The translations under genes were made by a program, and so were the position numbers. Below, one piece after another: positions 1-10,800 of a stretch of 64,000 bases of DNA (positions are counted from its first letter, which is position 1; each line of letters begins with the position of its first letter). This DNA is from an uncultured cyanobacterium (GTDB lineage Bacteria; Cyanobacteriota; Cyanobacteriia; Cyanobacteriales; Nostocaceae), in assembly GCA_963706595.1 (NCBI GenBank), contig OY970166.1:5152001-5216000 (forward strand), read 5' to 3'. The notes below the pieces were generated by a model, which saw only the letters and a list, made by a program, of their open reading frames with translations, was not told the DNA's origin and did not search any database.

Positions 1-2562
1 TTCAATTAAGCGTCTCACTGCTTCTGGTAAAGGTAATTCATGAGCAAGCTGGGCGTTTTTTTCTAAGTCTATTGTGACTACATTTTGTATGGGTGTAAAG
101 AGTAAAATGGGTGATGGAGCTTGGTCTTTGATAATGAAGGTATGTAAGGCGACTGGGCTAATATGCCAGTAAATAATTGCTGTGTGGGGATTGAGGAGTT
201 GCTGAACTGCACTGTAGTAGTGTGAGTAAATCTGTTCATGCCAATCAGATAGTAGCCAAGTTAAACAAGAATTTTTGCCCTGTTCTGCCATTTCCCAGGC
301 TTCTACTAAGTCGCCGTACTCTACAGCTAAATCAACTTCTAATTGACCAATTCCGGCAAACTTAAGCGCTAGTTGTTTTTTACTTTCATCTGAACGGGTT
401 GATTCAGTCAGTAGTTGTGCTAATAAATCGGCGGCTTGTTGCTGTACTTTTTGTGCTTGTGCTGTTTGACTTATACCTAAAAGTGCTTTAATCAGAGATT
501 GCAAAACTTCTAAATGCAATTCGGTAAAATCGTCTGTTGTTAGGGTTAACAGCGCTTGATTGTACTCGGTTATGGCTTGATACCAATAATTACGCGATGT
601 GGGATATTTCTTACCTCGTTCGTAGTAAGTATTGCCTTTTGCGATGTGCAGTCTACCCCAACCTTCTGGGTGGGTATCTGGGCGAATATGTTTCAAGCCT
701 TCTGCATAGCTTGCTAGTTTACCCTCATAACCGCCCTGCTGCAAGGCAGAATTTTGTGTGGCGATGCTAGTTAAGGAATTTAATGGTGTTTGGGTGGATA
801 AATGGCCAGCAGCCGTTCCTCGACCAATCCAAGCTTCCCAATAGTCAAGTTTAATTTGTAAGGCGTTGTCGTAGGTAACGATCGCTTCGGCAAATCTTTC
901 TAAATGATACAGGGCTACTGCTTGATTGTACCAAGCTAAGTGAAAGTCGGGTTTGATGGCGATGGCGTTGTGGTAGGAGGCGATCGCCTCTTCTCTTTGT
1001 CCTAAGTTGTCTAAGGCTATACCCCGGTTATACCAAGCTAAATATAAATCTGGTTGTGTTGCTAGTGCTTGATCCCAGGAGGCGATCGCTTCTGACCAAT
1101 TGCCTAAATTAAATAAGACTACACCCCTGTCAATCCAGACTTCATGGAAATCTGGTTGAATTTCAATGGCTTGGTCGTAAGAGGCGATCGCTTCTGGATA
1201 TTGTTCACTGACCGCTAAAGCGATACCTCGGTAATACCAGTTTTCTGGGTCTTGTGGTTCCAGATGTAGGGCTTGGTCATAACTGGAAATGGCTTCACCG
1301 ATTTGTCCTAACTTCAACAGCGCTAAAGCTTTGCTAGAAAAAGCTTCTGGTTTATGAGGCTGAATTTCTATGGCTTGATCAAAAGAGATAATCGCTTCTT
1401 CAAATCGTCCTAATTCACCTAAAATCCCACCCCGGTTATACCAAGATTTGTAGTGATTGGGTTTGAGTGCTATGGCTTCATCATAAGAGGCGATCGCTTC
1501 GGTAAAATATTCTAAGTGAAATAAAGTTAAACCCCTGTTAAACCAATATTCAAAGGCATCAGGGTTCATGTCTATGGCTTGGTTATAAGATGCGATCGCA
1601 CCTAGCAAATCACCAGTTTTGGCTTGCTGAAGACCTTGATAAAACCAATCTTGCCCTTCAATATCAGGTTGAGCAGTCATAGCTGACATCTGGTTCATAG
1701 GTGACAGATTAGCAGCTAGCTGTGGAACTAAATTGGCACTCTGTTCCCACCTCACCAACGACTCATCCAAGGTATACGCTACATTCGGCTCCAAATTTGC
1801 CCAAGACTCATCCCCATTCTCAGGAGAAGATACTGTTGCGACTTCAGCTTCTTGTTCTTCCGACTCCCCTGAAAGTTCACTGAAATTGCCGATCACATTT
1901 TCGTCAGTCGGACTCAGAAGCGATGGGGCTGTGATTGCGGTTTCTTCAACTGCTGCATATTCCCAGACAATTTCCTCGTTATTCTCAGTCAATATTTCTG
2001 ACGGAGAATCAACAATTTGCGATCTGGCTGCGGTAATTTCAAATTCTGGGTCGTCAGACTCCCACAACAATTCGCCTAAGCTACGTATCAACTCCTGTCC
2101 TGGAGAGTCTAATGGGATCTCGAACATTTCCGGCGTTGCGGTTTCACTCTCTTCCTCCTCAGCCAGTTCTCCTGTCAACAACCGGATGCCAATATCGTAA
2201 GAAAGTTCACCAACCTTGCCAATTCCCAGTTCGCCTAGTTGCATCATCTGAGTTGCTAACTGATGATTTGGCGCTGGTGACAACAGCAATTTTTCGCCAA
2301 ATATCAATAGCCAATCTATCCACCGCTCAATACTGATGCGGTCTTCCATACGCTGTAGATACTCCAGCGCCCATTGTTGTCCTCGTCCTTGCTGTACACC
2401 TGCCAACAACTGGGTATATAAAACTTCCAGATCCCCATTAGTTAGCTCAGGTGGTGTTTGTGACACCTCCAGACCCCTCGCAGCCTTGAAAGAACGACTC
2501 TGCTTATTACCCACGGGGTGGTTTGAAAATTTGTTAAGCCAGTGCAATAGCTGCGTGAGCAT
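1..2562 (-). CDS. TPR-repeat protein, probably with C-terminal CHAT domain (runs off window start)
   Basis: ATG at 2562 (MLTQLLHWLNKF...); manual translation of segments gives many TPR repeats (EAIASYD...AW.NRG type) and LLNPHTAIIYWHISP, typical of the pre-CHAT region; same frame is open at position 1; absent from ORF track because no stop in window. Confidence 0.75.
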   Translation of the reverse strand, partial: MLTQLLHWLNKFSNHPVGNKQSRSFKAARGLEVSQTPPELTNGDLEVLYTQLLAGVQQGRGQQWALEYLQRMEDRISIERWIDWLLIFGEKLLLSPAPNHQLATQMMQLGELGIGKVGELSYDIGIRLLTGELAEEEESETATPEMFEIPLDSPGQELIRSLGELLWESDDPEFEITAARSQIVDSPSEILTENNEEIVWEYAAVEETAITAPSLLSPTDENVIGNFSELSGESEEQEAEVATVSSPENGDESWANLEPNVAYTLDESLVRWEQSANLVPQLAANLSPMNQMSAMTAQPDIEGQDWFYQGLQQAKTGDLLGAIASYNQAIDMNPDAFEYWFNRGLTLFHLEYFTEAIASYDEAIALKPNHYKSWYNRGGILGELGRFEEAIISFDQAIEIQPHKPEAFSSKALALLKLGQIGEAISSYDQALHLEPQDPENWYYRGIALAVSEQYPEAIASYDQAIEIQPDFHEVWIDRGVVLFNLGNWSEAIASWDQALATQPDLYLAWYNRGIALDNLGQREEAIASYHNAIAIKPDFHLAWYNQAVALYHLERFAEAIVTYDNALQIKLDYWEAWIGRGTAAGHLSTQTPLNSLTSIATQNSALQQGGYEGKLASYAEGLKHIRPDTHPEGWGRLHIAKGNTYYERGKKYPTSRNYWYQAITEYNQALLTLTTDDFTELHLEVLQSLIKALLGISQTAQAQKVQQQAADLLAQLLTESTRSDESKKQLALKFAGIGQLEVDLAVEYGDLVEAWEMAEQGKNSCLTWLLSDWHEQIYSHYYSAVQQLLNPHTAIIYWHISPVALHTFIIKDQAPSPILLFTPIQNVVTIDLEKNAQLAHELPLPEAVRRLIE

Positions 2563-2841
2563 CTGCCATACTCTTGGATTTTGTTTCTCCTAAATCATTG
2601 TAGCGATCGTTGTGTTCAAAAACTCATTTATTACGTAAAACCCACTGTTATTAAACCTGACTTCAACTATCTGCTTATAAAAAATATCCAAAACTTTTTT
2701 ATTTCCAGACTGGTGACTAGTACCGCAGGGATTTGGTCAAAAAGCTTATTATGTAAGCGTTTCATTGAGTTCAAATGGCTGTGCTATTTACGCCTAGCGG
2801 CACTAGGGACTAGGGATTAGGGACTGAAAAGTTTCTTCCCC

Positions 2842-2901
2842 CCTGCTCCCTGCTCCCTGCTCCCTGCTCTCTGCTCCCTGCTCCCTGCTCCCCACTCCCT
2901 G
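2842..2901. repeat. STRR heptamer tandem repeat (CCTGCTC)n
   Basis: About 8 copies read directly. Confidence 0.9.
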
Positions 2902-2910
2902 CTTCTTTCG

Positions 2911-3595
2911 TCAAGTCTGCTCTGTATTTGATTGAGTGGGAGCATGATATTGATTGATTAGTTCCTGAACAATCAGTTGTGGATCATCTGTCTCAAGTGC
3001 CAGTTGCTGGGCAATTTGCTGGCGTAAGTTCTGATCCTGCTCCAACATCATAAATAGCTCATCTAGAGTCACAGTTTGGGTTTCTCCCTCGTTGGGCAAA
3101 TTTTCTGGCTGACCTACTTCCTCTTCTATTGGCTGATCATTTTGAGATGATAAAGTTGTGTGGACTGCATCTGGCCCGTCATATTCCCATATTGGTTCGC
3201 CTTGATTGCGTGTCAACAACTGCATACCAATTTCATAAGCAACATTTCCCACTTCACCAACGCCCAGATCACCCAGTTGCACTAAGCGAGCCGCTAATTC
3301 ATTGTTAGGTGTGGGTGATGCTAGCAATCTTTCGCCAAAGCGCCGTAACCATTCTACCCAGCGTTCAGTAGAGACACGATGTTCAATATTATGTAGCCAA
3401 TTTTGCGCCCACTCTTGTCCTCTAGCCTGATGAACGCCTGCTATAAGTTCGGTTGAACAGAAATTCTAAGTCCGTATCACTCAGGGGTGGTGCTGGTTTT
3501 TCTGGCAGATCATCCCCCAGATTGGAGGAAGTTCGTTTCCCCCCAAACAAGCTGCGAATCAGACCTTTGAACCATTGAATTAGCCGCCTGAGCAT
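2911..3595 (-). CDS. Hypothetical protein paralogous to the N-terminal region of the adjacent TPR protein; one +1 frameshift near 3455
   Basis: ATG 3595 MLRRLIQWFKGL..PPLSDTDLEFLF; removing one base gives TELIAGVHQARGQEWA.. and a continuous 227-aa frame ending in ORF 2911..3327. Confidence 0.7.
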
Positions 3596-3691
3596 TTTTT
3601 TTGCACCTTGAGTATTGTTGACTAAAATGTGTAGACTAGAAATCTTGGGTTTGTTCTAGGGTATGACACATACATAACCCATGTACAAAAG

Positions 3692-3741
3692 TTTAACTAA
3701 ATCGCGTAATTCCCCACGGCTCTGTAGCCGGGAAATATAAG
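3692..3741 (+). mobile_element. Solo IS200/IS605-type left-end remnant
   Basis: TTTAA-CTAAATCGCGTAATTCCCC..GGGAAATATAAG resembles the left end of the tnpB element at 42216 (TTTAA-CTATTACGCCGTAAGTCCCC..GGGATATAAG). Confidence 0.5.
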
Positions 3742-3823
3742 TGAGTCAAAAACAAAACGCCCTCTTGATGTTTGTCTACGCAGTAAAAAGAATCTTTGAG
3801 GATAGCACTGAAGTCTTCCATCC

Positions 3824-6800
3824 ATGTCTTACGAACCCCTCCACCATAAGTATCGCCCCAAGAGTTTTGCTGAACTGGTGGGACAAGAGGCGATCGCTAC
3901 TACCCTCACCAACGCGATCCGCACTGCTAAAATTGCCCCTGCCTATTTGTTTACAGGTCCCAGAGGTACGGGAAAGACTTCTAGCGCCCGGATTCTCGCT
4001 AAATCTTTAAATTGTCTCAACAGTGACCACCCCACTGCTGAACCCTGTGGAGTGTGTGATGTTTGTCAAGGCATCACTAAGGGCTATTCTCTCGATGTGA
4101 TAGAAATCGATGCTGCTAGTAACACTGGTGTTGATAATATCCGTGAGTTAATTGAAAAGGCACAATTTGCCCCTGTACAGTGTCGCTACAAGGTTTACGT
4201 GGTCGATGAATGTCTGACTGGAGATGCTCTGGTTTTAACTGATCAAGGACTCGTCAGAATTGATAACCCTAGCCTCAAGGGTAAGAAGGTGATGAGTTAC
4301 AACGACTCATCAGGCGAGTGGCAATTCAAGCAAGTTGTTAGGTGGTTAGATCAAGGAGAACGTCAAACGCTGGTTATCAAGACGAATAACCGAGAAATTA
4401 GATGTACGGGTAATCACTTAATCAGAACAGATCAGGGATGGATAGCAGCAAAAGACGTAAAAGAAGGAGCGAAGATACTATCTCCTGTGAATGTGGGTGC
4501 GGTACCCTCATTTATAAATTTGGTGTCGATGGACGCATCCGGCGATTCGTTAGCGGACACCAATTTAAAGGCAATACATCCGGGCAAAAATCTTACAATC
4601 TGGAATCTGTTCTTCAACAAGCTGAATTATTTAGACCTCTCTGTGCTTGCGGGTGTGGCGAAAAGCTTAATATCCCCACATTTTTACAAAAAAAAGGTAG
4701 GGGAATTGGCAGCATCCAGTCTCACTGGAAAAGACATCCATACAAAAAAGGACACGGAAATTGGGAACTCAGAACAGAAAAGTTCCTTGCCAATGCTGCG
4801 GTTTTACAACCAGATGCACTTGGACTTATCTATGGAACCTTACTGGGAGACGGCTCCATCTCTTACCCTAATAAATACAGCCGATTCCCCAGATTGTGCT
4901 GGACACACGCAGAAAAGCAGCAAGAATGGTTGGAATACAAAGCCAAGCGCCTTCAAGAATTACGTCCACAACTGCGAATTGCCATTAACAAAGGGTACGG
5001 AAACACCTCAGTTACCTGCAACACCGTTTGTCATCCCCAACTCAAAGATGTCTTTGAAATTGTCAAACCAAATGGGGATAAAAAACTTGTCTCTATGGAC
5101 TGGCTCAATCGAATTACCCCAGAGGGACTTGCTTGGTGGTTTTGCGATGATGGATCACTCAGCCTTACTCCACAAGGCAGTCCACAGATTCAATTGCATA
5201 CTGAAGGATTCTCTGTCACAGAAAATCAACTCATTGCTACTTGGCTTACCTCAATGGGATACCCAGCCGCAAGTAAGTCTTACACCAGAAGTAGTACAGG
5301 ACAGAAATACTACTACATCTGGATGGGGGCAAGAACCAGTAGACAATGGTTGGCAGACCTCAAACAATATTCAATCCCCTCAATGGATTACAAGTTTGGA
5401 GACAGTCGAATCTGTTCACCTCGCTGGAGTTGAACGAGTCTATGACATTGAAGTGGCAGATAATCACAACTTTGTCGCAAATGGGCTTTTGGTGCATAAT
5501 TGTCATATGCTCAGTACGGCGGCATTCAACGCGTTATTAAAAACATTAGAAGAACCACCGAAGCACGTAGTTTTTGTTTTAGCCACAACAGACCCGCAGC
5601 GAGTCTTACCAACGATTATTTCACGCTGCCAAAGATTTGATTTTAGACGGATTCAGTTGGAGGCGATGGTTAATCATTTAAGTGCGATCGCCTCTAAAGA
5701 AAGTATTAATATATCTCCGGATGCTGTCACCTTAATCGGTCAAATTGCTCAGGGAGGATTGCGAGACGCGGAAAGTCTACTGAGATCAATTAGCTTTGAC
5801 TGTGGGTGAAGTAACTCCTGACAAAGTTTGGGATTTGGTCGGTTCGGTGAGTGAACAAGACTTAATTGCATTATTGAAGGCGATCGCTCAAAATAACCCA
5901 GAAGGAGTTTTAGATTGTAGCCGGAAAATCCTCGATAGTGGCAGGGAACCGCTAATTATTCTGCAAAACCTCGCCGCTTTATACAGAGATTTGCTCATAG
6001 CACAAACAGCAGCTAATCGCCAGGATTTAGTGACTTGTACTCAGCAAACCTGGACAGCGTTGCTTGAATTGTCCCAAAAACTCGACATGAGTACAATTTT
6101 GCGGGGACAGCAACACCTACGCACAGCAGAAATGCAAATCAAAAATACCACCCAGCCCCGCTTATGGTTGGAAGTAACACTACTAGGATTATTGCCGAGT
6201 GCAAATGTTCAAACCCAAGCTGCAAGCACACCTCAGCGAGTAAATACGCCGGCTGTAGCTCCAAATTATTACCCAGTTGCTGCTGCACCACCTCAGCCCA
6301 CAAATCACAATCCCACAGTTAACCCAGTATCTGCACCTCAGCCTACAAATCACAATCCCACAGTTAACCCAGTATCTGCACCTCAGCCCACAAATCACAA
6401 TCCCACAGTTAACCCAGTATCTGTACCTCAGCCCACAAATCACAATCCGGTTCATCCCACCCCAACCACATCAGAACCTCAAACTCAAGCACCAGCACCT
6501 GTAAATAGTGAACCTGCATATCCACAGGAAGTTACTACACAATCAGAGTATGACTTAACTCAAGTTTGGCAGCAGGTCTGTATGAATATTCAGATGCCTT
6601 CTCGGCAAGCTTTACTGGGTCAAATGTGCCAGATTACAGAGTTTAACGGCAACGTGGTTCGTATTGCTGTCAAAGGCGCTTGGTTAGACACACTTAAATC
6701 TGATCTACCAGTGATTAAGGCTGCTTTCCAGCAGATTTTTCAGCGCGAAATCCAGGTTTATCTGGAAAAAGGAAATTCTTCTACTTCTAAATCAACAAGA

Positions 6801-7154
6801 ACAAATCCTCAACCACAAAATCCTACTCCCGTTCAGCAACCACCAGCACCCAACTACAATCAGCAAATTCAATCTTTCACACCGACGCTTCCAGCTACAC
6901 AAACACCAACACCAGTCGCAACACCAGCAAAAACCGAATCAACGACGAGTGCAGCTAGGATACAAACCTTGCCTTCGCGAACAACGCCAACGCCTCTGGC
7001 TGATTGGGAAACCGATGAAGTGGAGAATGCCGCCCAAAATCTAGCAAAGTTCTTCAATGGGCAAGTTATCCGCCTCACAAACGATGGAATAGATTCGCCT
7101 GAATCTGTGACTACATCTGAGGGCTTGGATGAACCAGAAATTGATGATGATTAA
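3824..7154 (+). CDS. dnaX: DNA polymerase III subunit gamma/tau, intein-containing; one +1 frameshift near 5783
   Basis: KYRP, GPRGTGKT Walker A, Cys zinc module, EIDAAS, DE/CHMLS, SRCQRF; removing one base restores LRDAESLLDQLAL and joins ORFs 3824..5809 and 5796..7154 (3330 nt). Confidence 0.95.
4211..5500 (+). mobile_element. DnaX intein, 430 aa
   Basis: Begins CLTGDALV after VDE; block B CTGNH; ends VYDIEVADNHNFVANGLLVHN followed by Cys +1 (CHMLST); removal restores Walker B DECHML. Confidence 0.96.
4438..5433 (+). CDS. LAGLIDADG homing endonuclease encoded in the -1 frame inside the intein
   Basis: 331-aa ORF with LIYGTLLGDGSI and LAWWFCDDGS motifs and two N-terminal CxCGCG...GH motifs. 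Confidence 0.88.
   Translation: MDSSKRRKRRSEDTISCECGCGTLIYKFGVDGRIRRFVSGHQFKGNTSGQKSYNLESVLQQAELFRPLCACGCGEKLNIPTFLQKKGRGIGSIQSHWKRHPYKKGHGNWELRTEKFLANAAVLQPDALGLIYGTLLGDGSISYPNKYSRFPRLCWTHAEKQQEWLEYKAKRLQELRPQLRIAINKGYGNTSVTCNTVCHPQLKDVFEIVKPNGDKKLVSMDWLNRITPEGLAWWFCDDGSLSLTPQGSPQIQLHTEGFSVTENQLIATWLTSMGYPAASKSYTRSSTGQKYYYIWMGARTSRQWLADLKQYSIPSMDYKFGDSRICSPRWS
6291..6448 (+). repeat. 45-bp in-frame tandem repeat (PQPTNHNPTVNPVSA x3.5) in the DnaX linker
   Basis: Near-identical units starting at 6291, 6336, 6381 and 6426. Confidence 0.92.
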
Positions 7155-7297
7155 TAATTATTATTATTTTCTAGACAGTGCAAGATAGAAAAGATCAAAA
7201 TTCATCCAAAACACCGAGGAACATAGAATAGTTCAGACTCGTCTACAAATACAGACTGTTGAGATAAATAATTGCTTAGTCGGGGGCATCAATAATT

Positions 7298-7732
7298 ATG
7301 AATGTTCTTAAGCTGCTTACACCCGCAGCTTTGGTAATGAGTTTGTCCTTGACTGAGGCTAGTTTAGCTGAAGTCCCACGGGTGCAAATTCAACCTGATT
7401 TAAAGTCAGAAACACTAGTCTTAAATGGTACGTCAGGAGGAAAAGTTGCCAGTAATTGCGGCAATATTGGTAATACACCCAATCAAATTATCCAGTTAAC
7501 CAAGCCACTGCCTTACTTACGTTTAACAGTTGAGAGTCTTGGACAGCCTACACTGCGAATTGATGGGCCTGGCGGCAGTTTTTGTGTTTTGTCAGATAAT
7601 TACTCTGAAATCAATCCAGAAATTACTGGTTATTATATGCCAGGAGAATACAAAGTATACGTAGGTGAGTTATCTCAAAATCAGTATAAATATACCCTTT
7701 CAATTTCGCAACAAAAGCAGCCGAGCAATTAG
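7298..7732 (+). CDS. Secreted hypothetical protein
   Basis: 144-aa ORF with signal-peptide-like N-terminus (..TEASLA) and a Cys pair. Confidence 0.7.
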   Translation: MNVLKLLTPAALVMSLSLTEASLAEVPRVQIQPDLKSETLVLNGTSGGKVASNCGNIGNTPNQIIQLTKPLPYLRLTVESLGQPTLRIDGPGGSFCVLSDNYSEINPEITGYYMPGEYKVYVGELSQNQYKYTLSISQQKQPSN

Positions 7733-7756
7733 TTGCGGTCGGCAAGAACGGCAATT

Positions 7757-7892
7757 AAGTAAGTCGGTGCAGTAAAACCAAACTATGTAAACAAAAGTAA
7801 ATAAGGCTCAAACTCTTTCTCCCCCTTCTCCCTGCCCCCTGCCCCCTGCCCCCTGCCTTATTGCAACAATAATTATTTACGCCGACCTACTT
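7757..7892. mobile_element. MITE-like element with internal CCCCTGC heptamers
   Basis: Imperfect terminal inverted repeats AAGTAAGTCGGTG / CGCCGACCTACTT. Confidence 0.65.
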
Positions 7893-7894
7893 GG

Positions 7895-10800
7895 TTACTT
7901 TTTGCTGATGGCATGGTGCAAGCTATTTAATAAATCTGGCGCTGTGTAGGGCTTGGCAATAACTAGCTGGACAGCAGGATGATCTGCATTTACCAAAGAT
8001 TCCTTCGGGTTAATGCCGCTACAAGCAATGATTTTTACCTGTGGGTTCATTTTTTGTAAGGTGCGAATGGCGGTGATGCCATCCATTTCCGGCATCATAA
8101 TATCCATTAAAACGGCACTGATTTGCTTTTTGTGCTGGGCATAAAGTGCGATCGCCTCAATGCCATTACTGGCTGTAAGAGTTTTATAATTATATTTTTC
8201 CAGGACAATTTTCGCAATCTCCCGAATTTCAACTTCATCATCCACAAATAAAATTAGTTCTCCCTGTCCGGGAAATATTTCTACATTATTGATATCAAGG
8301 GATTGACTGACTTCCACCGCAGGCAAGAATACCTGAAATTTACTACCTTGATCAACTGTGCTTGATACATTCATAAACCCACCGTGGCTTTTGATAATTC
8401 CCAGCACTGTTGCCAGCCCCAATCCTGTACCTTTGCCGACTTCTTTGGTAGTGAAGAATGGATCAAAAATTTTATCTAATATTTCCGGTGGTATACCCAT
8501 TCCCGTATCGGCAACAGTCATCACAATATAATGGCCAAGTTTGGCATCAAGATTCATGCGGGCATAGGCTTCATCAATAAACATATTCTTTGTAGAAATT
8601 GTGAGCGTACCACCTTCTGGCATAGCATCACGGGCATTAACCACAAGGTTCATTAGCACTTGATGTAGTTGTGTCGCATCTCCAGAAACAGCCCACAGGT
8701 CTTCTGGTATGGTGATGGCAAATTCGAGGGATTTGGGAAATGTTTGTTGGGCTATCTGAGTAATTTCCGCAATCAGATGCTTGAGTTGAACTATGGTGCG
8801 CTCTCCCTTAAATCCGCGCGCAAATGACAAGACTTGTTTGACTAAAGCCGCCCCTCGGATGGTGTTGTTTTCAATAATTTGTAGTAGGTTTTGATAATGC
8901 TCTTTGTCTTGAGCGAATCTGACCTGTAGCAATTGAGATGCTGCCAAAATAGGTGTTAAAATATTATTTAAGTCGTGAGCAATACCACCCGCTAGAGTGC
9001 CAAGGCTTTCCAATCGTTGAGTGCGTAAAAACTGCTCTTGGAGTTTTTTCTTTTCTGTAATATCAGTGTCTACAGAAAAAATGGACTTCGGTTTTCCTAC
9101 TGAGTCATACATCAGCGTCCAACGGCTGGCTACGACAATTTCTTGCCCAGATTTAGTCATTTTACGTAACTCACCCTGCCACGAGCCGGATTCAATTACA
9201 GCTTTTATACAGACTGGAAGATGTGGCGAATTTTTTTGGCAAAAAAGCTCCTGGGGGTCTTTGCCTAAAGCCTCTTCGGCTCGCCAACCATAAATCCTCT
9301 CTGCACCTTGATTCCAGAATAAGATTTGGCTTTGGAAATCTCGAACTAAAATCGCATCAGTGGCAATATCAAGTAAGGCTGCTTGCTCGCTAATTTTCTC
9401 TTGGGCTTGTTTGCGATCGCTAATGTCAGAAAAAGACACAATTACCGCATAAGGAAGGGGGTCATTGTCGTGAAACAAGGGTTGGGAATTAATGGAAATC
9501 CAGGTGAGTTGTCCATTGGGCTGATAAATTCCCATGACCACATTCGAGCAAGGTTTTCCGGTACGTAAAGTCACAATTGATGGATGCGTTTCACTAGGGA
9601 AGGGAGAGCCATCTTCTTTGATAGTTTGCCACCTGGGTTCGTCAGAGGTGTGGTGGAGTATTTGGTCTAAAGTCCGCCCCAGAATTCTTTGGGCGCTGGC
9701 ATTACAGGCAACTATATTGCCATTAGCTTCTTGGAGCATGATCCCCTCCTGCATGGCAGCAACGACGGAACGATAACGTTCTTCACTGGCTCGCAGTGCT
9801 GCTTCTGCCTCTTTGCGATCGCGTAGCGCTGCTTGCAGTTCGCCTATACACCTAGTTGTACCAATAAACCGGATTGGCTGACCCAGTTCGTTACAAAATA
9901 CTTTACCGTTTCCACTTAGCCAATGAATACTGCCATCTGGCCACACAACCCGAAATTCACTTTGATATTCACTTTTTTCCGCAATACTGCGAGCTATCAC
10001 CTCAGACAAATATTCCCTGTCTTCAGGATGAACTAACTTAAAAAATTCTTCTATGCTTTGGGAACTAGGACTATTGGATAAACCATAGAGCAACTCCATA
10101 TTGGCAGAACATATTACTTGATTAGTGCGGAGATCCCAGTCCCAAATCCCCATTTTAGTGGCTTCTAGGGCTAAAGTTAGTCGCTCTTCACTTTCTTGCA
10201 ATGATGCTTCAATTTGCTTGCGCTCGGTGATATCTTCGGCAAACCCGGCATTATATTCAATCTCTCCTTGTTGATTATGTATGCTAAAGCCCCGATCCCA
10301 GATCCAACGTATGGAACCATCAGGGCGGAAAATGCGATATTCGACATCAGCATACTTATCGTCCATCTGTCGTTGGTGTTTTGCCATCAGACGAGGAAGA
10401 TCATCTGGATGAATGGTTTCTATCCAAGAGTCAGGTTGGTCAGCCAGACTTTGGCAAGAACGATGCCAAATTTTTTCATAAGCAGGACTAACATACAAGT
10501 GCTGGCTGAAATCCGGCTTTGACATCCAAACAACTGCTTGGGCTTGTTCGGCAAAATTGCGAAATTTTTCTTCACTTTCTTGCAGCGCTAACTCCATCTG
10601 CTTGCGCTCGGTGATATCTCTGCCCACCCCCTGCAATTCCACCACTTCTTGGCTTTCATTCTTAATTGCTATAACGTTCCATTGCACCCAGCGCATACCC
10701 TTAACTGTCAACATACATAACTCATTAGTGATTAAGTTATGCGGTGGGGAGGTCAGGATGCTGATATTTTTGGTGATTTGAGGCAAGTCATCAGGATGGA

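Noticed and set aside
537..2820. Plus-strand ORFs opposite the TPR gene, and similar antisense ORFs across the window
   Set aside because: Shadow ORFs of well-supported genes with no recognisable motifs
5780..5809. Canonical programmed gamma/tau frameshift of dnaX
   Set aside because: Needs +1 rather than -1, has no slippery sequence, and lies too early, inside the clamp-loader core
6291..6448. Possible CRISPR or RNA repeat array
   Set aside because: In-frame Pro-rich coding repeat of DnaX with no spacers
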